Shown here: positions 1-8,502 of the stretch, one piece after another | How positions within the stretch are numbered: the first letter of the stretch is position 1 | Layout: each line of letters starts with the position of its first letter | NCBI GenBank assembly: GCA_965198235.1 | Contig: OZ240248.1 | Span: 4,352,001-4,416,000, forward strand | DNA length: 64,000 bases | Source of the DNA: Candidatus Poribacteria bacterium | Lineage (GTDB): Bacteria; Poribacteria; WGA-4E; WGA-3G | Direction of reading: 5' to 3' | Made by a program: the position numbers and the translations under genes | Notes under the pieces: generated by a model | Database searches by the model: none | Seen by the model: only the letters and a program-made list of their open reading frames with translations | What the model was told of the DNA's origin: nothing

Positions 1-378
1 TACCAGAAAATCATTCCTGAAGCTGCGGAAGGCAGAGTGGTAGTCTCTAAAGAACAGATCCTGCACGCGACACGGCGCGTTGCGTTGCTATCGAATCCGA
101 AGAACTATGCGATTGCTTTGGAAATCAATACTGAGCAGGTCCAGATTTCGGCGAAGACCCCGGAATTAGGAGAGGCATACGAGCCCATTCCAGTAGAGTC
201 TGGTACTGGACGCATACGGATTGGAATCGATGCACGCTTGTTGATAGGGACTTTGGGACACATCGAGGCGGAATCAATCGCAATAGAATTTAAAAGTGAA
301 GTGGAGCCTGTAGTCTTTAAACCGATCGGTGAGGAAAATCACATCTGTCTTGTGATGCCGATGCGTCTGGAATCCTAA
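1..378 (+). CDS. dnaN: DNA polymerase III beta clamp, C-terminal part (5' end outside the window)
   Basis: Frame is open from base 1 (YQKIIP...RRVALLS...ELGEAYE...LVMPMRL), matching the beta-clamp C-terminal domain. Confidence 0.9.
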   Translation, partial: YQKIIPEAAEGRVVVSKEQILHATRRVALLSNPKNYAIALEINTEQVQISAKTPELGEAYEPIPVESGTGRIRIGIDARLLIGTLGHIEAESIAIEFKSEVEPVVFKPIGEENHICLVMPMRLES

Positions 379-405
379 AGACGAATTTTGCAGTCACGAG
401 GTCCG

Positions 406-460
406 AAGACATCACCCTCCCACTGTAGGGATAGAGACATCACCCTACAGTAGGGATAGA
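406..460. repeat. Tandem pair of short palindromic REP-like units (GACATCACCCT...GTAGGGATAGA)
   Basis: Two near-identical ~26-bp units, one containing the CCCTACAGTAGGG hairpin. Confidence 0.6.
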
Positions 461-527
461 TGCTGTTTCGTGCCTTCGCTTTCGCGCGCAGATGTCCGGA
501 AAAAAGCGATCTTTTTTTCCAAAAAAC

Positions 528-556
528 TTGACATCCCCTCCGTTTTATGGTATTAT
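528..556 (+). promoter_or_regulatory. sigma70 promoter for the tRNA pair
   Basis: TTGACA(528-533)-17 bp-TATTAT(551-556) with an extended TG, 12 nt upstream of tRNA-Phe. Confidence 0.85.
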
Positions 557-568
557 TATATATTTGAT

Positions 569-641
<73 letters not shown>

Positions 642-670
642 CTTCCTTTCTAACCATAATAATTTGCTAA

Positions 671-742
671 GCCGGTGTAGCTCAGTGGAAGAGCAACTGA
701 TTCGTAATCAGTAGGTCGGAGGTTCAAATCCTCTCATCGGCT
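671..742 (+). tRNA. tRNA-Thr(CGT)
   Basis: GCCGGTG/CATCGGC acceptor stem, anticodon arm CTGAT-TCGTA-ATCAG, T-loop GTTCAAATC. Confidence 0.95.
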
Positions 743-880
743 TTCTGTTTTTGAAGGACCGTTTTCGGTTCCATCGCCACCTTTCCCACCACAACGCATT
801 TGCAATCAGTAAGATGCCGATCCTTTCATCAGTCTACTTTCTATTTCCAATGCAGTAGCCTGAAAGTCAAGGAGCTAACC

Positions 881-1339
881 ATGATGATTAGTGTCGGAGC
901 ATTACAAAAAGCGTTGAAAGCAATAATCCCTCGTTTGCCCATGAGAGTTCAAAAATTGATGCCAGGGCTATTACCCTTCCTGCCATTAGCGTTTGAAATC
1001 GCTAAACTCTTATACACACATCGTGAAAAAATTAGGGATATTATCGGTAATCTGACGAAACAGACTCCAAACGCTGTTAAAAAGGAGGCTAATGGAATAG
1101 CAGAGACTGTTCCTCGTCTACCTAAGAAGATGGGGCGAAAGTTGCGTCGTTGGTTGGAGTATTTACCATTTGCTCTTGAGATTGCTAAGGCATCTTACGA
1201 AAAGAATAGTGGAAAAGTTCGTAGTTTAACAGCACCATTCCCAAGCAAGGTTAAAAAGAGAATTGGTAGAATATTAAAACGGCATCATTACCGGTCGCGT
1301 TGGAACTTTCTCCGTAGATTCCAACGTCGGAAGGACTGA
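881..1339 (+). CDS. Hypothetical basic protein with an internal duplication
   Basis: AAGGAG RBS before ATG 881; two similar segments PRLP..K...L.FLPLAFEIAK..Y and PRLP..M...LEYLPFALEIAK..Y. Confidence 0.65.
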   Translation: MMISVGALQKALKAIIPRLPMRVQKLMPGLLPFLPLAFEIAKLLYTHREKIRDIIGNLTKQTPNAVKKEANGIAETVPRLPKKMGRKLRRWLEYLPFALEIAKASYEKNSGKVRSLTAPFPSKVKKRIGRILKRHHYRSRWNFLRRFQRRKD

Positions 1340-1426
1340 ACTGTGGCAATCGTTTTTGTAGCAGCAGAATGAAGAGAGATTGTTCTCCCTTAATATTATG
1401 GGGTTATCCGTAAGAGCCGTTTCTTA

Positions 1427-2536
1427 TTACTCTTCGGATTCCATCTCGGCAGCAATATCTTCCTCAAGCGACTTGACATTTGCTAAGACAGTCGGGTGCG
1501 GCTCAATTTCATACACCTTGCGGTACACGTTCAGCGCAGCTTCCTTATCACCAAGGAAACTCGCATAAATTTCACCCATCCGTTCCCACGCACGAACTTC
1601 CTCCGGATCAAGTTCCACAATCCGTTCATAGACTTGCAACGCATCCACGTACTGACGCGTTTCGATATCCTGTCGCTCAAGCGCAGATGCCCGCACAAAG
1701 AGCAGTCGGATGAGATCATCAACAACTTCGTTCATTTCAGGCATCTTTTCATGTGCCTGCCCCAAGAAGAGAATCGACTCCGACTCAAGTCGTGTAACCT
1801 CAGCCAAATCCTCTTGGGTGAATTCCCTATCAAGAAACTGATAACCCTGAAGCATTTTGGTATATGTTCTCGACAGTTGAAGGCGAGCAAGGATACCGAT
1901 AGGTGCTTTTTCAGACGGGATGTTTAAGAACTCTGGATCGTTTTCAATTGCTTTTGCATAGTGCTTGGAGGCTAGCTCAAACTGCTTACTTCCCTGATAA
2001 AGAACACCGAGGAGATAGTGTGCTTCAGCATTGTTTGGAGCATTCTTGAGCACAGCGAGGAATTCTTCGGTGGCTTCCGCGAGCAACCCGTCATCACGAA
2101 ACAGTTTGCCGCGTAAGAGGCGGACTCCCGTATGTTCAGGCTGAATGCGCGCCGCATATTCCAAACGCGCCTGTGCATCTCTCAACCAATTACTTTGTAA
2201 ATAGATCTCTGCAATGCGGAGATTGGCGTGCAAACGAACTTCCGCACTCGTCTGTGAGGTGCCGTTTATCGAGATCCCTTGGATTTCATCCTCCGTTTCC
2301 AACGCTTGTAATGCCTGCCAATAGTAGAGGGCAGCATCGACAAGGTCCTGTTTCTTAAAGAGAGCATCTGCCTTCTCAATGAAAGCACTCACCTGCGATA
2401 GTGATGGCGATTCGGGTTCGGCAGTACCACGTTGAATATAGAAAAACGCAAGCACGACAAAACCGATTACTGCAACCACTTCTGCATAAAAAAGCCAACT
2501 CCGCAAGGAAACCAAGGATTTTGCATTAAACGGCAT
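1427..2536 (-). CDS. Membrane-anchored tetratricopeptide-repeat protein
   Basis: N-terminal TM helix and multiple TPR motifs (AEAHYLLGVLY, AWERMGEIY); AAAGGAG before ATG 2536. Confidence 0.85.
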   Translation of the reverse strand: MPFNAKSLVSLRSWLFYAEVVAVIGFVVLAFFYIQRGTAEPESPSLSQVSAFIEKADALFKKQDLVDAALYYWQALQALETEDEIQGISINGTSQTSAEVRLHANLRIAEIYLQSNWLRDAQARLEYAARIQPEHTGVRLLRGKLFRDDGLLAEATEEFLAVLKNAPNNAEAHYLLGVLYQGSKQFELASKHYAKAIENDPEFLNIPSEKAPIGILARLQLSRTYTKMLQGYQFLDREFTQEDLAEVTRLESESILFLGQAHEKMPEMNEVVDDLIRLLFVRASALERQDIETRQYVDALQVYERIVELDPEEVRAWERMGEIYASFLGDKEAALNVYRKVYEIEPHPTVLANVKSLEEDIAAEMESEE

Positions 2537-2609
2537 ATTTACTCCTTTGTCTCGACCTGAAGCATAAGGTAATAGAAGGGTTGCTTCGGCGGACACTCAA
2601 AACGACGCG

Positions 2610-4583
2610 CTACTGTGGACGTTTTTCAATGTCGTCAAGAATGCCAAGCATCTTCTCCGCACCAACAAATCCGGTGAATCGCTTGAGAACAGTGCCATCA
2701 GCATCCATAAAAATGACGACCGGTAATCCGGGAATCTGATATTTCTCGGTTAACGCCTCAGTCGTTTCGGAGCTGCGGGTGAAATCGAGTTTAACATTCA
2801 CATAATCATCGAGTTTCGCAGCGACCGCGGGATCCGCATAAGTTTTATGATCAAGTTCTTTACACGCAGCACACCAAGAGGCATAAAAATCAAGCATTAC
2901 GAGTTTGTCTTCCCGCTTCGCAATTTCAAATCCTTCGACCTCGTCGTAAATCCAATCCAAGTGGGGTCCGGCAGGCTGTTGGATACCTCCAACAAACATA
3001 TAGGCACCCAGTACTGCCAGCAAAAGTCCGCACGCCTTTTGGAATCGCATCCGTGGAGAGATGCCGCTGAAACGTTGTGTCAACTTACCGAGCCACACCC
3101 CAATGAGCACTAAACCCCCCGCAATCGCAAAAAACGGCAGCGAGTTCTGTAGGAAATCCTGCAACGGTGGAAACACATCTTTAAGAAAGTAGAGTGCCAT
3201 CGTAATAATGGCAATGCCGAAGACGTTTTCCAAAACATACATCCATCCACCTGAACGTGGTAGCGCGGAGAGCAACCCAGAGAACGTGCCAATGCCGATA
3301 AAGAGGAGTCCCATTCCGAGGGCGTAAGTGAACATGAGCCAGAATCCGAGGAAGAGACTTCCCGTCGTCGCGATATAAGTTAGCACGACTGCCAATGCAG
3401 GTCCCGTGCAAGGTGCGGCGATCACCCCTGCGACTGTCCCCATAGCGAAGGCACCTGCGAATCCGGTACCGCCAACGGTGTTCAGACGGTTCTGCACCGC
3501 ATACGGCAACCGAATCTCAAAAACACCGAACATAGACAGTCCCAAGGTCACAAGAATTAGACTGATGAAACCGACGACCCACGGGTTTGCCATTATCTGA
3601 CCGAAGACCGCCCCGGTCGAGGCAACCGCCACGCCTAAAATCGAATAGGTCATAACGATCCCGAGCACATACACAACAGAAAGTAGGAAAGACTTGAGAA
3701 AACCAGCAGACTCATTGGCACCGAAGACAGAAACGGTGATCGGTATGAGTGGGTAAACACACGGAGTCAAACTCGTCAAGATGCCCCCTGCAAACACAAG
3801 TAGGAATGCGAGCCAAACTTGCCCACCGGAGAGCGCCCGCGCGAGGCTACCTTCGTCGGCGCCGCTACTCGGCGGTGCACCGAATTGGACATTGGCGAAA
3901 ACCGCTTCATTAATCCGCTGAATGGTGTCCTCAATACCAACAATTTCAATAGGGACCGCAAAAGCAAGAACTTCGGGTAATAGACACTGCTCATCGTTAC
4001 ACGCCTGATATCTCAGTTCCAAATCCAGCATCATAGGGTCGAGCGGAGCAGTTTGACCTAAATCGGCTTGGACCCCGATAGTAATGGTATCGTGATAGAC
4101 TGGAGCTTCTCCAATTGAACCGAGTGCCAATACTTCACCCTTGGGATATACGACTTCACCGAAAGTAAGATGCGGCGTATCGGGTAAAATGACCTCGGTC
4201 GCGATTAATCCTTGATTCGCTGGATTGGCGTTGACGTGCCACCCTTCGGCAATCTCAACGACAACTGCAATTTGGAATTGGCTACCAGGTTGCACCTTGT
4301 CAATCGAGAGGTACCCCTTTGCCGAGAGTTTTTCAACAGGTAGTTTTTCACCAAATCCGAAATCCGTGAACTGCGCCTGTACATAAGCAGGAGCAATCAT
4401 TGTGATAAGCACTAACAGCCCACAGAATAGATTTTTAACTATGGGATCCTGGGCATCGTTCCAAATGTAAAGCCAAGACAAATTATGCCATTTAAGGAAA
4501 CCTAATTTCGTTTCACGAGGGTGTTTGGTGAATCGCGACTGGGTTAAAGGTATGTACGGTTTTAAGATCGTTCTCTCTGCCAT
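2610..4583 (-). CDS. dsbD: Thiol:disulfide interchange protein DsbD (N-domain, TM domain, thioredoxin)
   Basis: YQACNDEQCLLP, TSLTPCVYP, APCTGP, DFYASWCAACK. The N-terminus contains a repeat-derived insert. Confidence 0.92.
   Translation of the reverse strand: MAERTILKPYIPLTQSRFTKHPRETKLGFLKWHNLSWLYIWNDAQDPIVKNLFCGLLVLITMIAPAYVQAQFTDFGFGEKLPVEKLSAKGYLSIDKVQPGSQFQIAVVVEIAEGWHVNANPANQGLIATEVILPDTPHLTFGEVVYPKGEVLALGSIGEAPVYHDTITIGVQADLGQTAPLDPMMLDLELRYQACNDEQCLLPEVLAFAVPIEIVGIEDTIQRINEAVFANVQFGAPPSSGADEGSLARALSGGQVWLAFLLVFAGGILTSLTPCVYPLIPITVSVFGANESAGFLKSFLLSVVYVLGIVMTYSILGVAVASTGAVFGQIMANPWVVGFISLILVTLGLSMFGVFEIRLPYAVQNRLNTVGGTGFAGAFAMGTVAGVIAAPCTGPALAVVLTYIATTGSLFLGFWLMFTYALGMGLLFIGIGTFSGLLSALPRSGGWMYVLENVFGIAIITMALYFLKDVFPPLQDFLQNSLPFFAIAGGLVLIGVWLGKLTQRFSGISPRMRFQKACGLLLAVLGAYMFVGGIQQPAGPHLDWIYDEVEGFEIAKREDKLVMLDFYASWCAACKELDHKTYADPAVAAKLDDYVNVKLDFTRSSETTEALTEKYQIPGLPVVIFMDADGTVLKRFTGFVGAEKMLGILDDIEKRPQ
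4432..4533 (-). repeat. Palindromic element (PE) copy 1, right module, in frame inside dsbD
   Basis: Shares TTTTAACTATGGG.A.CTGGGCATCGTTCCA and TTCGTTTCACGAGGGTGT.TGGT with 6953-7013; the reverse complement resembles 22208-22267 and 52251-52309. Confidence 0.85.
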
Positions 4584-4600
4584 GGGTTAATTCTCCTCAA

Positions 4601-6256
4601 TTACCTCGGTTCAAGCACAACGCAAGGCAGAATCATCTCCTCAAGTGAAACACCACCGTGTTGGAAACTGCCCTGAAATATCTCTTTATAGACATCGAAT
4701 TGTCTTTCATAAACAAAGTAGTAGTCCTCTTTTGCGAGAACATAACTTCTTCGTGCTTCTTCACCCGGTAAGCGATACGCGCCTGGTTCCTTTATGACCC
4801 ACCCGGCTTCAGGTGAACACGAGATGTTTTTTCCTTCTTTAAACCGAAGCCCAGTCGTGAGTTCCGCTTGACTTGAAACTTTCGCTGCATTTTGGCAAAG
4901 GAGCGAACCGTGGTCAGACGTTAAGACGACCGTCATACCGCGTTCAGCCGCAATCCTGAATATTCTATAAAGATGCGAATGCTGAAACCACGCCTGGGCG
5001 AGCGTCCGAAATGCTGCTTCATCTGGAACGAGTTGCTGTAGTAAATCCATCTCATGCCGCGTATGGGTCATCATATCAAGGAAATCGACAACAAGTGCCG
5101 TCAAACTAATCCTGTCCGTAACGTTTAGCCAGTGTAAATATTGAATTTCGCCGCGTGTATCAAAAATTTTGAAGTAATGGAGAGGCGGCTTGAGAAGTAT
5201 GCCGTGCCGCTCAAGTTGTAAGCGCATGAGATCCTTCTCATAGCGATTGATACTCGTGTGCGCTTTATCGGGTTCTGCGTATAGGTCCGGGTGCCTTTCA
5301 GCAAATTCAAGCGGAAACAACCCGCTAAAAATAGCGTTTCGTGCATAACGGGTGGCTGTTGGCAGAATGGAATAATAGTAATCTGTGGTTATATGAAACA
5401 GCGGATACAGCAAGGGTTCAATTTTCAACCAGTGGTCCAACCGCATACAATCCATAACAACAAATAGGACCTGCTTCCCTGCCTGAACTTCAGGAATGAC
5501 ATATTTGTAAACGACATCCACAGATAAAGTAGGTGACGCTTCACTCGCAAACCAATTGTGATAGTTGGCTTGAATATAGTCAGCGAACGCAGCATTTGCC
5601 TCTCGTTTCTCTATTTCATGGATGGATTTAAGTTCATCGACGTTATGAAGGGTATCAAGTCGCAAATCCCATTCAACGAGGCGAACATAAGTATCAATCC
5701 ATGTCTGCCAATCGTCAGCGGAACTGTGTCCCTGCGTAGCACCACCTGATATTTGTGCCTTGTTAAAGTTCTGAGCGTAAGCCTGTGGTGTATATGCTTC
5801 CCGTCTCGTCTGTTTTTCAAGTATAAAAGCAAGCGATGTCTCCAACTGTCGAGACGAAGTTTCGTCCTGATCATTTGCTGTCCGTATGAAAACACTGTCA
5901 ACATCGTAAAGGCTTGCTTGCTGCAGCACTTCCTGTCCACCCTCGTGTGTTAGGAGAATAATAGGAATATGCGCATCCACACTCCGAATATACGAAAGCA
6001 GATTCTCCTCTCGCGTCGCTCCGTCATAATTCAATAGGACAGCATGATATTCTTCATCTTGGAGTAACGTAATACCTTCAGTAATAGTGTTTGTTAAAGA
6101 AATGTCGTATCCTTGATATTCCAGAAAGCGGATGTAGGGGTTGGATGTTATATTGGTCTGCTCCTCATGACCTCGCCCCTTAAGTTGCGCGCCAGATTGC
6201 TCTACATCAGATATCTGGTTATCAATCCACAGAATCCTCCATCTTTTTTCCTGCAT
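4601..6256 (-). CDS. PorX-like protein: receiver-like domain plus PglZ alkaline-phosphatase domain
   Basis: RILWID receiver start; MDCMRLD, ILPTATRYARNAIFSG, TSDHG and FQHGGVSLEEM PglZ motifs. Confidence 0.85.
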   Translation of the reverse strand: MQEKRWRILWIDNQISDVEQSGAQLKGRGHEEQTNITSNPYIRFLEYQGYDISLTNTITEGITLLQDEEYHAVLLNYDGATREENLLSYIRSVDAHIPIILLTHEGGQEVLQQASLYDVDSVFIRTANDQDETSSRQLETSLAFILEKQTRREAYTPQAYAQNFNKAQISGGATQGHSSADDWQTWIDTYVRLVEWDLRLDTLHNVDELKSIHEIEKREANAAFADYIQANYHNWFASEASPTLSVDVVYKYVIPEVQAGKQVLFVVMDCMRLDHWLKIEPLLYPLFHITTDYYYSILPTATRYARNAIFSGLFPLEFAERHPDLYAEPDKAHTSINRYEKDLMRLQLERHGILLKPPLHYFKIFDTRGEIQYLHWLNVTDRISLTALVVDFLDMMTHTRHEMDLLQQLVPDEAAFRTLAQAWFQHSHLYRIFRIAAERGMTVVLTSDHGSLLCQNAAKVSSQAELTTGLRFKEGKNISCSPEAGWVIKEPGAYRLPGEEARRSYVLAKEDYYFVYERQFDVYKEIFQGSFQHGGVSLEEMILPCVVLEPR

Positions 6257-6415
6257 ATTATGCCCCCTTTGTGGAATGTAGGTTTGCCAAAGCACCCTAC
6301 ATCTTGATAAACGGGCAACCTATTACGTGCCCGATGTCTTCGGGGTGAGCAGTCGTGAATCCTCCGATAAAAAGCAGAAAAGCATGTGGTGCTATCCTAC
6401 TGAAGCAAACAAAAA

Positions 6416-7831
6416 CTAAATACTCGAAACAAACCGACCCGGATTCAACAAACCAGTCGGATCGAATTTCGCTTTAAGCTGTTTCATTAAATTGAGTGTT
6501 CCTTCGACGGAACCCCAAACGTCAATGTGTCGTTTGAGTTCAGGTGGTGCAACTTCTATGATGAGATTTCCCTGCCTCGACATTGCAGTTTGACGCAGTT
6601 GCGCTAGCGCATTCGCAAGCGATTGGTAATCCGTGTCGGATGCCACAGGAATAGTGACATACAACACACCACTTCCGAGCAACGCCATCATCTGGGCATC
6701 ACGAGCCCAATTCGCCTCCACAATTTGCGCAGTAAATTCTGCGAGATCGGTGCGCTTCAGGTTCAATTTGGCAACCACTATTTCGGTATTTTTGTTATTT
6801 GCTGAGAATTCCTGAACAGCCTCCTGAAGGTGCTGTAACGATTCGTTTTCTATAATTGTGACACCTATCGCACCGTTTTGTTCCATAATTCCTTGGCACT
6901 GCGTCAATTGCCACGCCACAGTTTCGGGATCCCCACCGAACCCAACCACCACTTTTTTAACTATGGGCACCTGGGCATCGTTCCACTTCGTTTCACGAGG
7001 GTGTCTGGTTAATTCCGGCTGAGTTGGGGATTTGTCCGCTCTTAATTGGGTGCTTTCTGCATTGATGAATAGATTTACAAACATCGGCAGTGTTTGTGAA
7101 CTGACAATACCTAAACCCGTGTTAGCTGCGTCTTGAACGTTCTGAAAGTCTGCTGTAAGTATCGCTTGCCGTACGGGTATGGGTGACAACTTGAGGGTTA
7201 CCTCGGTAATGATACCGAGTGTCCCAAACGCACCAATATAGAGTTTGTTAAGATCGTAGCCAGCGACATTTTTCACCACTTTGCCACCACTTTTGACAAC
7301 GGTGCCGTCTGCCCGAACAACCCGCAATCCCAAGACCTGATTTCGGGCGGTCCCATGCCGTAAACGGAAAGAGCCACTCGCGTTTGTTGCTACAATCCCA
7401 CCGATGGTACATCGGTCTGCATACGGTGGATTCAACACCAGATACTGACGATGCTCCGCCAATTCAGTCTGGAGGTCCCTCAAGCGGATACCCGCTTCCA
7501 CGGTTACAGTTAAATCCGCCGGTTCATACTCAACAATACTATTCAGGGACGTTGTCGCCAGTACCACATCTACTTTCTGTGGCAGATTTCCAATACCAAG
7601 TTTCGTACCTGCACCCGCAGGCATAACCGACACACCTTGTTTTACCGAAAATTGGAGGACCTCTTGCATCTCTTGGACAGATGTCGGTAAAACGACTGCC
7701 TTCGGCACGTATCCATCAAAAGTGTAGGCTGCGACCTGTTCCTCCGGAAGGATGCCGGATTCGCCGACAATACCTTTAAGTTCATCGTGCAGTGCACGTG
7801 AATTTTCCATACACTTCTCTTTCTCGGTCAT
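6416..7831 (-). CDS. glcE: FAD-binding oxidoreductase, glycolate oxidase GlcE-like
   Basis: EYEPADLTVTVEAG, GGKVVKNVAGYDLNKL, FDPTGLLNPGRF; lies downstream of glcD. Confidence 0.85.
   Translation of the reverse strand: MTEKEKCMENSRALHDELKGIVGESGILPEEQVAAYTFDGYVPKAVVLPTSVQEMQEVLQFSVKQGVSVMPAGAGTKLGIGNLPQKVDVVLATTSLNSIVEYEPADLTVTVEAGIRLRDLQTELAEHRQYLVLNPPYADRCTIGGIVATNASGSFRLRHGTARNQVLGLRVVRADGTVVKSGGKVVKNVAGYDLNKLYIGAFGTLGIITEVTLKLSPIPVRQAILTADFQNVQDAANTGLGIVSSQTLPMFVNLFINAESTQLRADKSPTQPELTRHPRETKWNDAQVPIVKKVVVGFGGDPETVAWQLTQCQGIMEQNGAIGVTIIENESLQHLQEAVQEFSANNKNTEIVVAKLNLKRTDLAEFTAQIVEANWARDAQMMALLGSGVLYVTIPVASDTDYQSLANALAQLRQTAMSRQGNLIIEVAPPELKRHIDVWGSVEGTLNLMKQLKAKFDPTGLLNPGRFVSSI
6953..7013 (-). 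repeat. PE copy 2, right module, in frame inside glcE
   Basis: Encodes TRHPRETKWNDAQVPIVK, the same frame and peptide as the dsbD insert. Confidence 0.85.
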
Positions 7832-7925
7832 TATTGTAAAATGATTCTCTGTGGAAATACTTTAAAAGGGTGCCCAGAAACTCTGAGTAAGCGGTATTGT
7901 CCACTGTTAGATATGTCTTGAAGGT

Positions 7926-8171
7926 TTATGCATCAGGATTCTTAGTGAGGATTCTTATCTCAAACCCTTCTATTTTTTCTGTTTGATCTGTTTTAACGGG
8001 GGTTTGGTAAATGGAAAAATCTTCCAAATGTTTCACGCTCCGTTCAAGCAAAGATAGCCGCGCGTTCACTTTACCAAATTCTCGGACAATCCAGATGATA
8101 CCGCCCACGATACCAAGTAATACAGGTACCCCGGCTGCAAGTAAAGCAACTATGACCCTTGTCTCTATCAC
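7926..8171 (-). CDS. Small hypothetical membrane protein
   Basis: 81-aa ORF with one hydrophobic helix followed by a coiled-coil-like segment; tightly spaced after the upstream ORF. Confidence 0.55.
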   Translation of the reverse strand: MIETRVIVALLAAGVPVLLGIVGGIIWIVREFGKVNARLSLLERSVKHLEDFSIYQTPVKTDQTEKIEGFEIRILTKNPDA

Positions 8172-8175
8172 TCAC

Positions 8176-8502
8176 CTATCCCGCTACATTAATCTGGTCA
8201 AGACTGAAGTGAATCTGTCTCATCCAGTACTCCCCTGCCCTACTATCAAGGTATTCCATCTTGTCACCAGTGCTTGACATGCTCCCCTCAGAATCAAATT
8301 TATGTCCTAAAGCGGAAGCAAAAGTGTCAATGAACCGCTCGTAACTTCGGGTAGGGATAACAGGTATCTTATCTGCTTCAGTAATAATAATGCGGACCGC
8401 AAATTCATTACCTCCCAGATGTTCAATAGATTCGACTTCCGTAATGTTTTGAAGCATATCTCGGATAGTACTGATAACATCATCTTTGGAATAGGTTTTC
8501 AT
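8176..8502 (-). CDS. Hypothetical protein
   Basis: 108-aa ORF whose ATG directly abuts the glcD stop codon (TAAATG). Confidence 0.6.
   Translation of the reverse strand: MKTYSKDDVISTIRDMLQNITEVESIEHLGGNEFAVRIIITEADKIPVIPTRSYERFIDTFASALGHKFDSEGSMSSTGDKMEYLDSRAGEYWMRQIHFSLDQINVAG

Noticed and set aside
743-1426. Prophage or integrative island at the tRNAs
   Set aside because: No integrase, no phage genes and no duplicated tRNA 3' end were seen in the window.
4601-6256. BREX system suggested by the PglZ domain
   Set aside because: The architecture is receiver-PglZ (PorX-like), and no brxC, pglX or brxL genes are nearby.
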